Program-made: the position numbers and the translations under genes | Shown: piece by piece, positions 8,783 to 19,131 of the stretch | Layout of the letters: each line of letters begins with the position of its first letter | Position numbering within the stretch: position 1 is the stretch's first letter | Assembly: GCA_963845515.1 (NCBI GenBank) | Contig: CAWJSR010000006.1 | Coordinates: 132,681 to 196,680, forward strand | Direction: 5' to 3' | Length of the DNA stretch: 64,000 bases | DNA from: an uncultured delta proteobacterium | Lineage (GTDB): Bacteria; Myxococcota; Myxococcia; Myxococcales; Anaeromyxobacteraceae | The notes under the pieces: model-generated | Database searches by the model: none | The model's input: the letters and a program-made list of their open reading frames with translations, nothing else | Told to the model about the DNA's origin: nothing

Positions 8783-11674
8783 ATGGCGCAGCCCATCGAC
8801 TGGTACAAGGACAACCCGCTCACGCACCGCGATCGCCGCCTGGGAAAGGCGTCGTCCGCGTGGGTGAGATCGTTCGCCTGCGAGGATCTCAAGCCGCTCG
8901 TCGTCTGCCGCGGCCCGATCCGCAAGGAGGCGATGGACGTGTTCGACGAGATGGGGATCTCCCACTACGGGATCCTCCTCTCCGAGAAGGACTCGATCGT
9001 CTACCCGAACGCGCTCGCCCCCGAGCTGCGCCAGCTCACCGACACCAGCCGCGTCCACCGCGTGCCCGACTACTCCGGCGCGAGCAAGGAGGAGCGGGTC
9101 GAGCGGATGAACCAGATCGTCCAGATCGCCAGGGACAATGGCTATGACTCGGTCTTCGCCGGGTACGGCTTCATGGCGGAGGACGAGGAGTTCGTCGCCA
9201 CCGTCGAGGGCGCTGGGCTCAAGTTCATCGGCCCCAACTCGAAGGTCCAGGCGCGCGCCGGCAAGAAGGACGAGGCGAAGCGGACGGCGCTCGAGGTGAA
9301 GGTCAGCGTCACCCCCGGCATCAACAACGTCACGGCCCGCACGCTCGTGCACAAGCACAAGACCCGCGAGGCGCTCGTGGCGCTGTGCAAGGCGAACGGC
9401 CTCGCCTGCGACGAGAAGGTCCTCGCCAACGCGAAGGTCCAGCTCGAGGACCTGGCCGACCACATCCTCATGGCGTCCTACGCGAAGGGGATCGACCTCT
9501 ACTCCATCGACGAGCTCGGCGAGCAGGTCGAGCGCGAGGTCAAGGAGATGTTCAAGAAGCACCCGAACTCCCGGGTGCGCCTGAAGGCGATCGGCGGCGG
9601 CGGCGGGAAGGGGCAGCGCATCCTCGGCGCCTCGCTCCTCACCGCGAAGAACGCCGACGACAAGGCGATCGCCGCTGCCGCCGCCGAGGCGCCGGGCCTG
9701 ACGCGCGAGACGCTGAACGAGGTGAAGGCGACTGGCGTCGGCGACAACAAGAACGTCCTCATCGAGCTCAACATCGAGCAGACGCGCCACAACGAGATCC
9801 AGCTCGTCGGCAACGGGAAGTGGTGCGTCGCCCTCGGCGGCCGCGACTGCTCGCTGCAGATGCACGAGCAGAAGCTCCTGGAGGTCTCGGTCACGCAGGA
9901 GGGGCTCCTCGCCGCGATCGGCTCGGCGGAGAAGGCGGGCAGGGCGGCGGAGGCGACGTCGCTGCGCACCGACCTCGAGACGCTCAAGCGGATGGAGGAC
10001 GACGCCGCCCGCTTCGGCGCCGCGGTGGGGCTCGACTCGGCCTCGACGTTCGAGTGCATCGTCGACCGCGACCGGTACTACTTCATGGAGGTCAACACCC
10101 GCATCCAGGTGGAGCACCGGGTCACCGAGCTCTGCTACGGCCTCCAGTTCACCAACCCGGAGGACAAGGACGACTCGTTCGTCGTCGAGTCCCTGGTCGA
10201 GGCGATGGCGCTCATCGCGCGCCATGGGCCCCGGCTCCCCAAGCCCGCGCGCGTGTCGCGCTTCCCGGCCTCAGTCGAGGCGCGCCTCAACGCCACCGAC
10301 GCGTCGCTCTCGCCGCACGCCGGCGGCCTCATCCGTCACTGGTCCAGGCCCATCGAGGGCGAGATCCGCGATGACCAGGGGATCAGCCTGCCGAACCCGG
10401 ACACCGGCATGTTCATGCGGTACCGGGTCGCCGGCGCCTACGACTCCAACATCGCGCTCCTCCTGACCAAGGGGGCCGACCGGCAGGAGAGCTACGAGCA
10501 CCTCTCCCGCGTGCTGGGCCAGACCAGCCTGCGCGGCATCATGCTGGCCACCAACCTCGAGTTCCACTACGGCCTGGTCAACTGGTTCCTCGGCCACAAC
10601 GTGATGGCGAAGCCGACCACCCGCTTCGTGGTCCCGTACCTGACGCTGGTCGGGAGGCTCAAGGAGGAGTGCAACAAGATCGACTCGACGTACGCCTTCC
10701 TCGAGATGAAGAAGCAGTACGCCAAGCAGGTCGCGGCGATTGCTCCCGACGACGCCTCCCTCGCGAAGGCGATGTCCGAGGTGCTCGACCGCAAGGGCAC
10801 GCTGCTCACGCGCCCCATCGAGCGGCTGCTCGAGGACCCGCACCTGCTTGCGGGCTGGCTCAGCATCAACCGCAAGAACTACAAGCTCGAGAACGGCAAG
10901 CTGGTCTGGATCCGCAACCCGCTCGGCGTGCTCCACGACACGTACGAGTACCTGAACATGCAGTGGGACCCGAAGGCGCCGGCGTCGGACGTGATCTGGC
11001 AGCACGACCACGAGCTGCTGCAGAAGTCGATCCGATTCTACGCCGACCTGCGCAAGACCTTCGGCCTGAAGAAGTCCGAGTTCTACAAGCTCAACGACCT
11101 CCTCAAGCTCGAGGCGCCGCAGGGTGGGTACTCGGCCGAGCTCTGGGCGCAGATCCGCGCGGCGCACCTCGGCTACGAGGCCGGGAACGAGCTGCTCGGG
11201 CTCCTCTTCATGGTCGCGGAGGCGGCGAAGTTCTTCGACTTCAAGGTCGAGGAGAACCTGGACGTCACGATCCCCGACTACCTCAACGATCCGGATCTCC
11301 AGGCCCGCATGAAGAAGATCCTGGTCCCGCCGCCCGCCACCAAGGCCGACGAGATCGTCGCGGTGTGCGGAGGCATGTACTACGCCCAGGAGGCGCCCGG
11401 TAAGCCGCCCTTCATCGCGGAGGGGATGCACTTCGAGAAGGGGCAGTCGCTCTACATCATCGAGGTGATGAAGATGTTCAACACCGTCCGCGCGGCGTTC
11501 TCCGGGACGATCGACAAGATCGTCATCCAGGGGCCCGACGGCACGATCGTCCAGAAGGGGCAGCCACTCTTCAAGATCACCCCCGACGAGCGGTTCGTCG
11601 AGGTCGATCCCAAGGAGATCGAGAAGCTGCGCCGCGGGAGGACCAGCGAGTTCCTGAAGGCCGTGCTGGCCTAA
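8783..11674 (+). CDS. biotin carboxylase / biotin-carboxyl-carrier fusion
   Basis: AGYGFMAE, LKAIGGGGGKGQR, RDCSLQ, FMEVNTRIQVEH; C-terminal EVMKM biotinylation motif. Confidence 0.92.
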   Translation: MAQPIDWYKDNPLTHRDRRLGKASSAWVRSFACEDLKPLVVCRGPIRKEAMDVFDEMGISHYGILLSEKDSIVYPNALAPELRQLTDTSRVHRVPDYSGASKEERVERMNQIVQIARDNGYDSVFAGYGFMAEDEEFVATVEGAGLKFIGPNSKVQARAGKKDEAKRTALEVKVSVTPGINNVTARTLVHKHKTREALVALCKANGLACDEKVLANAKVQLEDLADHILMASYAKGIDLYSIDELGEQVEREVKEMFKKHPNSRVRLKAIGGGGGKGQRILGASLLTAKNADDKAIAAAAAEAPGLTRETLNEVKATGVGDNKNVLIELNIEQTRHNEIQLVGNGKWCVALGGRDCSLQMHEQKLLEVSVTQEGLLAAIGSAEKAGRAAEATSLRTDLETLKRMEDDAARFGAAVGLDSASTFECIVDRDRYYFMEVNTRIQVEHRVTELCYGLQFTNPEDKDDSFVVESLVEAMALIARHGPRLPKPARVSRFPASVEARLNATDASLSPHAGGLIRHWSRPIEGEIRDDQGISLPNPDTGMFMRYRVAGAYDSNIALLLTKGADRQESYEHLSRVLGQTSLRGIMLATNLEFHYGLVNWFLGHNVMAKPTTRFVVPYLTLVGRLKEECNKIDSTYAFLEMKKQYAKQVAAIAPDDASLAKAMSEVLDRKGTLLTRPIERLLEDPHLLAGWLSINRKNYKLENGKLVWIRNPLGVLHDTYEYLNMQWDPKAPASDVIWQHDHELLQKSIRFYADLRKTFGLKKSEFYKLNDLLKLEAPQGGYSAELWAQIRAAHLGYEAGNELLGLLFMVAEAAKFFDFKVEENLDVTIPDYLNDPDLQARMKKILVPPPATKADEIVAVCGGMYYAQEAPGKPPFIAEGMHFEKGQSLYIIEVMKMFNTVRAAFSGTIDKIVIQGPDGTIVQKGQPLFKITPDERFVEVDPKEIEKLRRGRTSEFLKAVLA

Positions 11675-11703
11675 CCCGGTCATCGAGCAGCCGCAGCACC
11701 CCC

Positions 11704-11743
11704 GCACCCCGCCTCTCCGGAACCTGCCGGGGACGCGGGGTGC
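11704..11743. terminator. hairpin between convergent carboxylase gene and small ORF
   Basis: gcaccccgc...gcggggtgc stem extended by tctccgg/ccgggga; no clear U-tract. Confidence 0.5.
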
Positions 11744-11867
11744 AGCCGTTCTGGGGAGGGCGGCAGGCGCACAGAGTCCGACGCCGGCCACGCCCGCCCA
11801 CGTCCACCTTCGTGACGAAACCCGTCGGTGTCACACGTGAAAAACTGCAGCACGTCCGGCGCGTCCT

Positions 11868-12026
11868 TCACACCTCGATCACGACGCGCGTGCGGGGTGG
11901 CTCGCTGGGCGGCGGCGGCTCGGGGCGGGGTCCTGGCTCGATCTCCAAGCGAGTGCGCCTATCTGGCTCGCGCTCCCGGCGGCGCCGCTCGCTCTCGATC
12001 CTCTCGATGATCCATGGAGGCAGCAT
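11868..12026 (-). CDS. 52-aa small protein not in the ORF track (MLPPWIIERIESERRRREREPDRRTRLEIEPGPRPEPPPPSEPPRTRVVIEV)
   Basis: GGAGGT RBS 4 nt before ATG; clean frame to TGA; sigma-54-type promoter just upstream. Confidence 0.7.
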   Translation of the reverse strand: MLPPWIIERIESERRRREREPDRRTRLEIEPGPRPEPPPPSEPPRTRVVIEV

Positions 12027-12075
12027 CTGGACCTCCCGCGGTAGGACCTGCTCCTTCGCTTACACCCATTGACTC

Positions 12076-12092
12076 TGCAATCAGGACGCCAA
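12076..12092 (-). promoter_or_regulatory. sigma-54 (-24/-12) promoter
   Basis: minus strand reads TTGGCGTCCTGATTGCA = TGGC-N7-TTGCA (GG-N10-GC), ~50 nt upstream of the small ORF. Confidence 0.7.
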
Positions 12093-12143
12093 CCCCCCGC
12101 CCGTTGTTCACCCTCACCGGAGAGAGGCCGCCCACGGCCGCCT

Positions 12144-12159
12144 TGTGACGGCGCGCACA
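12144..12159. promoter_or_regulatory. possible enhancer-binding-protein site
   Basis: TGT-N10-ACA (tgtgacggcgcgcaca) ~50 bp upstream of the -24 element. Confidence 0.4.
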
Positions 12160-12238
12160 GACCCCTGGGTCCGGCTCGGCACAAACCAGCCCGAGCGTCC
12201 CCTCGGCCATGTACACTCCACGTCACCTTGGGGGCTCC

Positions 12239-15200
12239 ATGAATAGGACTCTGGTCGCTGCGATCCTGGTGCTGACGGCGTGCTCCAAGCCCATCGGTTC
12301 GGGCGGCGGCGCCGCGAGCTGCACGGTGACGGGCTGTCAGGCGGGCTACACGTGCAACGTCTCCACCGGCGTCTGCGTGGCCGACGGCGGGACCGGCTGC
12401 GTCGTGGCGGGCTACTGCCCGGCTGGCTACACGTGCAACGCCACCTCCGGCATCTGCGTGCCCGACGTCGCGTGCGTCCAGGCCGACTGCCCCTCCGGCA
12501 CCTGGTGCGACAAGTACACCGAGCAGTGCAGCTCGGCGCCGTACTGCGCCGACGCGACCGACTGCCCACCGGCCTGGAGCTGCAACGGCTCACATCAGTG
12601 CGAGGATCCGCTAGCGGTCTCCTGCGTCGACCTGCGCGACTGCCCGGTCGGCCGGCTCTGCGAGCCCTCGACCGACAAGTGCGTCCAGGCGATCACCTGC
12701 AGCACGAGCTACCCGTGTCCCTACGGGGCCGAGTGCGTCTCCGGCCTCTGCGCGCGGCTCCCCGCAGGCGAGTGCATCCGCCAGGGCGACTGCTTCACGG
12801 CGGGGGATCGCTGCGTCTCCGGCCTCTGCGTCGGCTGCGCGACCACCGGCGCCGCGTGCACCGGCGCCCTGGAGGCGTGCGACGCGGCCACCAACACCTG
12901 CCGCGCCTGCACCAGCACCGCCGAGTGTCCGGCGGGGCTCGTCTGCACCCCGGACGGCTGCGCCGAGTGCGCGACCAGCGCCGACTGCGCGCCCTATCCC
13001 AACCGGCCGACGTGCGTCCTCAAGACCTACGGAGGGCGGACGCGCCCAGGGCTGGGCGCTGCCAGGAGTGCGTCGACGGCGCGCCCAACACCTGCGGCGC
13101 CTCGGCTGGCTGCGCCACCTACGGCCAGTTCTGTTCTCCGTGGGGGAGCTGCGCCAGCGACGCCGACTGCTCGGGGGCGACTCCGCGCTGCGCCGCCGTT
13201 TCCGAGGGGAACTCCTACTGCGGCCGCTGCGCGGTCGACGCGCACTGCCCCGCGGGGCAGGGTTGCCGCTGGGGAGAGTGCCACGTCTTCCCGCCGGGGG
13301 ATCGGTGCCAGGAGCCGATCCCGCTCGCGCTCGCCTCGCCGCGCACCGACCTCGCCGTGAGCCTGGCCGGGTTCGGGTGGGAGGATCCGACCGAGTGGGG
13401 GTCCTACGACGCCTACTTCCGCTTCACGCTCACCGAGCCGACGAGGCTCGTCATCGACGGGCGAAGCGCCGGCGCCTGGTTCGACGGGTCCCTGCGGCTC
13501 TACAGCGACGGCTGCGCCGGGCTGGTCGGCCGGCACACCATCGGCGTGCTCAGCTACAACCCCCCGTACAGCATCTATTACCCTGCGTGGACCGTCTACC
13601 TCCCCGCCGGAACCTGGGTGCTGGCCCTCGAGGGCGCCGCCAAGCCGGAGTACGTCCTGTCGATCGAGAAGACCCCGAGCACCCTCGCGGCCGGGCAGGC
13701 CTGCTGGAACCCGATCCCCATCGTCCAGAGCCCCACGGGCTCGAGCGTCACCGGCTCGACCGACGGCCTCCTGGCCACCTTCGGCGACGTGTGCAGCGTC
13801 GACGCCTGGGACTGGACGGCGCGCACGGCCGTCTACTCGCTCGACCTCGCCGCGCCGTCCTACGTCTCGCTCACGGCGACGCCGCTCGACGCGGCGCTCA
13901 ACCTCGACCTCGACGTGAAGGACGCCTGCGCCGTGACCGCGCCCAGGACGTGCAACTACACCGCGGGCCAGGCGGTGACGCGGACGTTCGCGCCGATGCC
14001 GGCCGGTCTCCACTACGTCGTCGTGGACGCGCAGAAGAACACCAACGGCCAGTACCGGCTCGACGCGACGGTCGTCCCGTGGTCGGCGAACGACCTCTGC
14101 GCGGACGCGGTGCCGCTCGACCTCTGACGCGGCGGGACGGCGCTGGAGACAGGGACCGTCGGCCCCAACACCTCGACGCCGAGCGCCCCGAGCGCGTACT
14201 GCGGCGTGCTCGGCGGCAACGACGTCTTCTACCGCTTCACCACCGTGGCGGACCAGCGGCTCGACGTCCAGGTGAGCGGGGACGGGACCTGGCAGCCCCG
14301 GCGTGTCGGTCCGACCGGCCTGCGACGCGGCGAGCGGCGCTGTCTGCGCGCTCGCGATCGGCGGTGGCGCCACGGCCGCGGCGAGCGTGGACATCCTGCC
14401 TCCCGGCGAATGGATCGTGCAGGTCGCGGCGTCGACCAGCCCGTATGGCGGACCCTTCACGCTCCAGGTCGCGCTGTCGGCGCCCAACTACCCGGTCCAG
14501 ACCAACGATACGTGCGCTACCACGACGGTGCTCACCGAGGGTTATTCGGTCGACGGCGACACGCGCGGCGTGGCGGACGACGTCTCGGGCGCCTGCGGCG
14601 CGGAAGCCACCGGGTCCGGCAAGGACCTCGCCTACTCGTTCACCGCGCCGTCGCGGGGCGCCTACCGGGCCACCTTGTCGACCTCGCCGTCCACCCCCGG
14701 CTTCAAGCCGGTCGTGAGGGCGCGCGCGGACTGTGGCGCCACGGCGGAGCTGACTTGCGACGTCGCCTCGGCAGCCGGCCTGGGGGCGTGGCTGCCGGCG
14801 GTCTACCTGGAGGGGGGCGCCTCGGTCGTCACCTGGGTGGACGGCGCCGACGGCACCGCGGGGGCCTTCACCCTCGTCCCGAGCTTCACCGCGGCCCCCG
14901 CCAACGATCTCTGCTCGGCCGCGACGGTGGTCGGGTCCACTTACAACGCCATGACGATCAACGTGCAGGGGACGGTCGAGCCGGCGTTCGCGGACGGGAC
15001 CTGCCCCGGCGCCGAGGGGCCCGACGTCTTCTTCAAGATGCTCGTGCCGAACGGGCGCTGGGACGTGATGGTGACCGTGGACCCCAGCGGCTACTTCCAG
15101 CCGGCCGTCGCCTACTACGGCGGAAGCTGCGGCGCGGCGTGCGCGGCGAGCGCAGTCGCACCTTCCCCGGGGGCCAACGCCGTGCTGGGCCCGGTCTCGC

Positions 15201-15280
15201 TCAACGGCTCCGGCTACTTCGGGGTCTCGTCGGTCGACGGAGGCCGCGGCTCCCTCAACCTCATCGTCACGTTCCAGTAA
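12239..15280 (+). CDS. large Cys-rich secreted lipoprotein with C-terminal PPC-like beta-sandwich repeats; split by indels and one in-frame stop
   Basis: lipobox VLTAC; many CxxxxDCPxGxxC repeats; ND.C and D..Y.F modules; frame switches near 13,050 and 14,300; TGA at 14125. Confidence 0.7.
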
Positions 15281-15310
15281 ACCGGCCCGCCGCCCAGCGC
15301 CCGGGAACGA

Positions 15311-15345
15311 AGAAGCCCGGCTCCCTCGCGAGGGCCGGGCTCTTT
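15311..15345. terminator. bidirectional intrinsic terminator
   Basis: A-rich flank, gcccgg-ct-ccct/aggg-ccgggc stem, tcttt tail; lies between convergent genes. Confidence 0.75.
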
Positions 15346-15369
15346 CGCCAATCGGCGAGTCGACGCGAG

Positions 15370-15573
15370 CTAGATCTTGCGGACGTTCTGGGCCTGCAGC
15401 CCCTTCGGCCCCTTCACGACCTCGAACTCGACCTTCTGCCCCTCGGCGAGGCTCTTGAAGCCGTCGCCCTGGACGGCGCTGTAGTGGCAGAAGACGTCCT
15501 CACCACCGCTGTCCTGGGTGATGAAGCCGAAGCCCTTCGCGTCGTTGAACCACTTCACGGTGCCAGTAGCCAT
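15370..15573 (-). CDS. cspA: cold-shock protein
   Basis: [18 protein letters not shown]...DVFCHYSA...KGLQAQNV. Confidence 0.96.
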   Translation of the reverse strand: MATGTVKWFNDAKGFGFITQDSGGEDVFCHYSAVQGDGFKSLAEGQKVEFEVVKGPKGLQAQNVRKI

Positions 15574-15749
15574 GCACTTCTCTCTTGTCTGTTCGACCCG
15601 CCGGATGACGATCGGCCCGCCCAGACGCACCGGCGGGCACCAGAATTCTTATACGAATCGTCATGCCGCTGGAAGTGCCAGCCGAGGGGCCTCAGCGGGG
15701 ATCGCCGGATCGTGGTGTAGCAAAACCTTGAGGCAGCGAGGGAGGGGGG

Positions 15750-16357
15750 GATCGAGGACCGGCATCGACCGCGGGGTCGTCTTCCAGGACTACTCGCTGT
15801 TCCCTGGCTGGGCGTCGGCCGGCATGAGTCGCGCTCGAGCAGGCGTTTCCGGGCAAGCGAGGCGCCGAGCGACGGGCGTTGGCCGAGGAGTACCTGGAGC
15901 TGGTGGGGCTCCCGGGCGTCTACCAGAAGCTGCCCGGTCAGCTCTCTGGCGGGATGCGGCAGCGGGCCGCCATCGCCAGGGCCTTCGCGGTCGACGCGCC
16001 GGTCCTGCTGATGGACGAGCCGTTCGGCGCCTCGACGCGATCACCCGGGCGCGGCTCCAGGACCTGCTCCTCGACCTGTGGCATCAGGGCGGCGCAGAGC
16101 GGCGGAAGACGATCCTCTTCGTCACGCACGACGTGGAGGAGGCGCTCCTGCTGGCGGGGAGGGTCGTCGTGCTCGGGTCCAGGCCGGGACGGATACGGGA
16201 GACGGTCGAGATCGACCTGCCACGACCCCGCGTCAGGGGCCAGCTCTTCACGCACAAGGAGTACCAGGGGCTGCGCGATCGCCTCCTGGCGCTCCTCCAC
16301 GAGGACGTGCTGCAGGCGCTCGTCCCCAACGTCGGGTCACCGGGAGAATGCATATGA
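15750..16357 (+). pseudogene. NitT/TauT-family ABC ATPase, 5'-truncated and frameshifted
   Basis: [39 protein letters not shown] in shifting frames; no Walker A or start codon found. Confidence 0.75.
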
Positions 16358-17399
16358 AGCGGAAGCTCACGAAGGTCTACCGTGCAGTCGGCGCCGCGCT
16401 GGCGTTCGCCGTCGTCGCGGCGCCCCCCGCGGCGGCGCGGGCGGCGCAGAAGCTGAAGGTCGGGTACTCGGCCGGCGGGGGCAGCCACCTCACGGTCCTC
16501 GCGCAGGATCAGAAGCTGTTCGAGCAGGAGGGAATCGAGGTGGAGCTGGTGCCGTTCACCAGCTCCTCCGACGGCCTCAACGCGCTGAACGCGGGGAAGA
16601 TCGACGTCGGCATCTCCTTCGGGACGGGTGGCCCGCTGACCTTCATCAGCAAGGGCGTCGAGTTCGTCATCATCGGTGGCCACCTCTCCGGTGGCCACCC
16701 GATCATCGCGCTGCCGGCCAACGCTGCGAAGTTCAAGTCGATTCAGGACTACAAGGGCAAGATCGTCGCCACGCCGCGCCTGTACACGCCGGACATCGTC
16801 TGGCGTGGGGCGATCAAGAGGGCGGGGCTCGACCTCGAGAAGGACGTGCAGGTCTGGAGCTGAAGAGCCCCACCGCGGTGCTGGAGGCGGTCAAGGCGGG
16901 CAAGGCGGACGTCGGGATCGGCGCCGCGTCGATCTACGTCAAGGCGAAGGAGTCCGGCCTGGCGATCGTCGCGTGGAGCAACGACTACTTCCCGGATCAT
17001 CCCTGCTGCCGCGTCGTCGTGAAGGCCAAGGCACTCGGTGAGGACGCCAGGCCCTACAAGGCGTTCCTCAGGGCCCTCATCCAGGCGGAGCGGCTGCTCA
17101 AGCGCGACCCAGAGCTGGCGGTCGCGGCCAACAAGAAGTTCCTCGACATGGACGACCGGCTCGCCAGGGACTTCACGCTCGAGCCGCACGCTCACGTCTC
17201 CGCGGATCCGAACCGCAAGGGCGTGAACCGCATGTGGCAGGAGATGAAGGCGATCGGATACGTCCAGTCGGAGCTCGACATCAACCGCTTCATAAACGTC
17301 GAGCTCTACCGGGAGGCGCTCACCGAGCTGGTGCGCTTGCACCCGAAGGATCCGTTCTACCCGCAGCTCGTGAAGACGTTCGAGGCCCAGAACCGGTGA
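16354..17399 (+). CDS. NitT/TauT ABC substrate-binding protein (1-bp frameshift ~16,855)
   Basis: signal peptide; [32 protein letters not shown] motif; two ORF halves join across the indel. Confidence 0.85.
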
Positions 17400-17413
17400 G
17401 GGGAGCCGCGAGG

Positions 17414-18178
17414 ATGACGATGGCCTCTCTCGCCCGGAGGTACGCCGGGACGTTCGCGGTGTTGGCCGTGGCGGTGCTGCTCTTCGAGGTGGCGACCGAC
17501 GTGACGGGGTGGCTGGAGCCGGTGCTCTTCCCTGGCCTCAAGCTGATCCTCCCTGCGCTCTGGCGCTCGCTCCCGAAGCTGCTCGAGGGGCTCGTCAGCT
17601 CCGTCGGGCTTCTCCTGCCGGGGTACCTGGCGGCGCTGGTCCTCGGCATCGCGCTGGGGCTGGTCGTCGGGTGGTACTCGCCGCTGCGCCACGCGTTCCT
17701 GCCGATCTTCAGGGCGCTGAGCCCCCTTCCTCCGACGCTGCTCATCCCCTACGCCATCGCGATCCTGCCGACCTTCTGGCTCTCGTCGTTCTTCATCATC
17801 TTCATCGGCTCGTTCTGGCCGATCCTCATGGGGACGATCCACGGCGTCGCCCTGCTGGAGGATCGGCACCTCGACAACGCACGCGCCCTGGGGCTGTCCG
17901 GGATCCGGCTGCTCCGTCACGTCGTCTTGCCGGCGGCGCTCCCCGTCATCTTCAACGGCGCCGGCATGGCGCTCGTCTTCAGCTTCATCCTGCTGACCGT
18001 CGCCGAGATGTTCGGCGCCAGGTCGGGGCTGGGGTTCTTCATCCAGTACAACGCGGACTTCTCCGAGTACGCGAAGGTGCTGGGCGGCATGCTGTTCATG
18101 TCGGCCTTCATCGTGCTCGTCATGGCGACCTTCGACGCCGTACAGGCGCGGTTTCTCCACTGGACCGCGAAGCGCTGA
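17414..18178 (+). CDS. NitT/TauT ABC permease
   Basis: multiple TM segments; ARALG...VVLPAALP EAA-loop region; VAEMFGARSGLG. Confidence 0.9.
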   Translation: MTMASLARRYAGTFAVLAVAVLLFEVATDVTGWLEPVLFPGLKLILPALWRSLPKLLEGLVSSVGLLLPGYLAALVLGIALGLVVGWYSPLRHAFLPIFRALSPLPPTLLIPYAIAILPTFWLSSFFIIFIGSFWPILMGTIHGVALLEDRHLDNARALGLSGIRLLRHVVLPAALPVIFNGAGMALVFSFILLTVAEMFGARSGLGFFIQYNADFSEYAKVLGGMLFMSAFIVLVMATFDAVQARFLHWTAKR

Positions 18179-18191
18179 GAAGGAGGCGAGG

Positions 18192-19097
18192 GTGAGCACG
18201 CTGACCGAGAGGGTGAAGGCGTACGCGCGCGCGCAGGGGGCCGACCTGTGCGGGATCGCGGCCGGCGATGACTTCGAGGAGTGCTTCACGGCGCCGCACC
18301 GCCCCCGGGACCTGCTGCCGGAGGTGCGGAGCATAGTCGTCGCGGCGCTGCACATCCCCGACGGCTCGCTGGAGGCGCAGCGCGCCGGCATCACCAACTA
18401 CTCCTACGGGATGTTCGGCTACGCCTACCTGAATCGGGAGATGGACTTCGTCGCCTACCGCGTGACCCGCTTCCTGGAGCGGGCCGGGCACCGCGCGCTG
18501 CCGATCCCGGCGCGCGGTACCCACTACTGGGAGAAGAAGAAGTTCTACGGCCCGTTCTCGTTCCGGCACGCGGCCGTCGCCGCTGGGTTGGGAGCGTTCG
18601 GCTGGAGCGGCCTCGTCCTGACGCCCGAGTTCGGGTCACGCCAGCGGTTCATCGCCGTGCTGACCGACGCGCCGCTGGAGAAGGACCCGCCGCTCGAGGA
18701 GAACCCATGCCTGGGGTGCCACGAGTGCATCCGCAGTTGCCCCGCCGGCGCGATCTCCAAGCGGGCGTGGAGCTGCACGCTGGGGGGGAGGACCCACACC
18801 TACGGCACGGTCGACGGCGACCGGTGCGCTTGGGTCGCCAAGGGGATGACGACGAAGGCGTGGCCGGGCGCACCGTTCAACCTGGAGGTTGACGTGGAGA
18901 AGCCGCAACCCTACGGCGCGGCCGAGAAGTTCCGCGCCACCTGGGAGGCTCGGGACCCTCGGCTCCGCGCCAGCGAGCACGACGAAAGCAACTACGGCGC
19001 GACGCTCTGCGGCCGATGCATGATCTTCTGCCGCGCCGGGATCCGGAGCATGGAGGCACGGCTCTCTGCGCCGAAGGGCGCAGCCGACGTCGACTGA
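18192..19097 (+). CDS. QueG/reductive-dehalogenase-like cobalamin and 4Fe-4S protein
   Basis: HAAVAAGLGAFGWSGLVLTPEFGSRQR...TDAPL; CLGCHECIRSCP; C-terminal CGRCMIFC. Confidence 0.75.
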   Translation: MSTLTERVKAYARAQGADLCGIAAGDDFEECFTAPHRPRDLLPEVRSIVVAALHIPDGSLEAQRAGITNYSYGMFGYAYLNREMDFVAYRVTRFLERAGHRALPIPARGTHYWEKKKFYGPFSFRHAAVAAGLGAFGWSGLVLTPEFGSRQRFIAVLTDAPLEKDPPLEENPCLGCHECIRSCPAGAISKRAWSCTLGGRTHTYGTVDGDRCAWVAKGMTTKAWPGAPFNLEVDVEKPQPYGAAEKFRATWEARDPRLRASEHDESNYGATLCGRCMIFCRAGIRSMEARLSAPKGAADVD

Positions 19098-19131
19098 CCC
19101 GACGGAGCCGTTGCGCGGGCCGGGCGGGCCG

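Noticed and set aside
14125..14127. In-frame TGA in the Cys-rich protein as possible selenocysteine
   Set aside because: It falls in a linker (PLDL*RGG), not at a Cys position; no clear SECIS-like hairpin; nearby indels point to error.
16861..16863. TGA in the substrate-binding protein as recoding site
   Set aside because: The protein continues in another frame (VQV-LELKSP), so this is a 1-bp deletion, not readthrough.
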